Shown here piece after piece: positions 62,495-64,000 of a stretch of DNA of 64,000 nucleotides. Made by a program: the position numbers and the translations under genes. The stretch is from Eledone cirrhosa. Lineage: Eukaryota. Each line of letters begins with the position of its first letter. Position 1 is the first letter of the stretch. Under the pieces are notes generated by a model. That model was not told the DNA's origin. It made no database searches and saw nothing but the letters and a program-made list of their open reading frames with translations. The stretch spans positions 7,068,001 through 7,132,000 of the forward strand of contig OZ024765.1 of the NCBI GenBank assembly GCA_964016885.1, written 5' to 3'.

Positions 62495-64000
62495 TACATA
62501 TACATATACACACACACACATAGACACACAGATAAATATACTACACAAACATATACATATACTACACAAACATATACACAGATAAATATACTACACAAAC
62601 ATATACATATACACACACTCACACAGACACAGATAAATATACTACACAAACATATACATATACACACACTCACACAGATAAATATATTACACAGACATAC
62701 ACACACAGATAAATATATTACACAAACATATACATATATATACACACACACAGACACACAGATAAATATATTACACAAACATATACACACACTCACACAG
62801 ACACACAGATAAATATACTACACACACACATATACATATACACACACACAGATACACAGATAAATATACTACACAAACATATACATACACTCACACATAC
62901 ACACACACATAAATATACTACACAAACATATACATATACACACACACAGATAAATATACTACACAAACATATACATATACACACACTCACACATACACAC
63001 ACAGATAAATATACTACACAAACATATACATATACACACACTCACACATACACACACAGATAAATATACTACACAAACATATACATATACACACACTCAC
63101 ACATACACACACAGATAAATATACTACACAAACATATACATATACACACACTCACACATACACACACAGATAAATATACTACACAAACATATACATATAC
63201 ACACACTCACACATACACACACAGATAAATATACTACACAAACATATACATATACACACACACAGACACAGATAAATATACTACATAAACATATACATAT
63301 ACACACACACAGACACACAGATAAATATATTACACAAACATATACATATACACACACTCAGACACACAGATAAATATACTACACAAACATACATATACAC
63401 ACACCCACACACATAAATATACTACACAAACATATACATAGACACACATATACATATACACACTCACACATACACACACAGATAAATATATTATACAAAC
63501 AGACATACACACACAGATAAATATACTACACAAACATATACATATACACACACACAGACACACAGATAAATATACTACATAAACATATACACACACACAG
63601 ACACACAGACAAATATATTACACAAACATATACATATACACACACTCAGACACACAGATAAATATACTACACAAACATACATATACACACACCCACACAC
63701 ATAAATATACTACACAAACATATACATAGACACACATATACATATACACACTCACACATACACACACAGATAAATATATTATACAAACAGACATACACAC
63801 ACACTCACACACAGATAAATATACTACACAAACATATACATATACACACACACAGACAAATATACTACATAAACATATACACACACACAGACACACAGAT
63901 AAATATACTACATAAACATATACATATACACACACACAGACACACAGATAAATATACTACATAAACATATACATATACACACACACAGACACACAGATAA
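62495..64000. repeat. CA-rich minisatellite (ACAGATAAATATACTACACAAACATATAC...)
   Basis: Unit of ~40-56 bp repeated to the window end. Confidence 0.95.

Overview
Eukaryotic, AT-rich, microsatellite-dense genomic DNA. The [11 protein letters not shown]-type zinc fingers, SINE families and (TA)/(CA)/(GAT) load suggest a coleoid cephalopod, probably an octopus (inference). Two host genes lie on the minus strand: a 9-coding-exon CATIP/C2orf62 orthologue (45454->22951, 520 aa by manual splicing, all junctions GT-AG and in phase) and a tandem C2H2 zinc-finger gene (12933->11962). The rest is transposon debris: a hAT element with an intact 8-bp TSD, mariner relics and MITEs, TTAA MITEs, CR1, RTE, R4/Dong, CRE, Tx1-like and Gypsy fragments, tRNA-SINEs and minisatellites. 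Two things stand out that these annotations do not explain. (1) Many type I hammerhead ribozyme (HHR) motifs sit in short TA-microsatellite-associated elements. Several are mirrored in long near-perfect palindromes in or just downstream of CATIP, and some carry covarying or variant catalytic cores, resembling non-autonomous Penelope-like pseudo-LTRs. (2) A duplicated macro-unit at 1-9050 holds arrays of tRNA-like Pol III cassettes with a conserved upstream TATA element, a central hairpin and apparent small Pol II units. Most ORFs in the supplied track are microsatellite artefacts. Everything was read by eye; no alignment, folding or database search was run.
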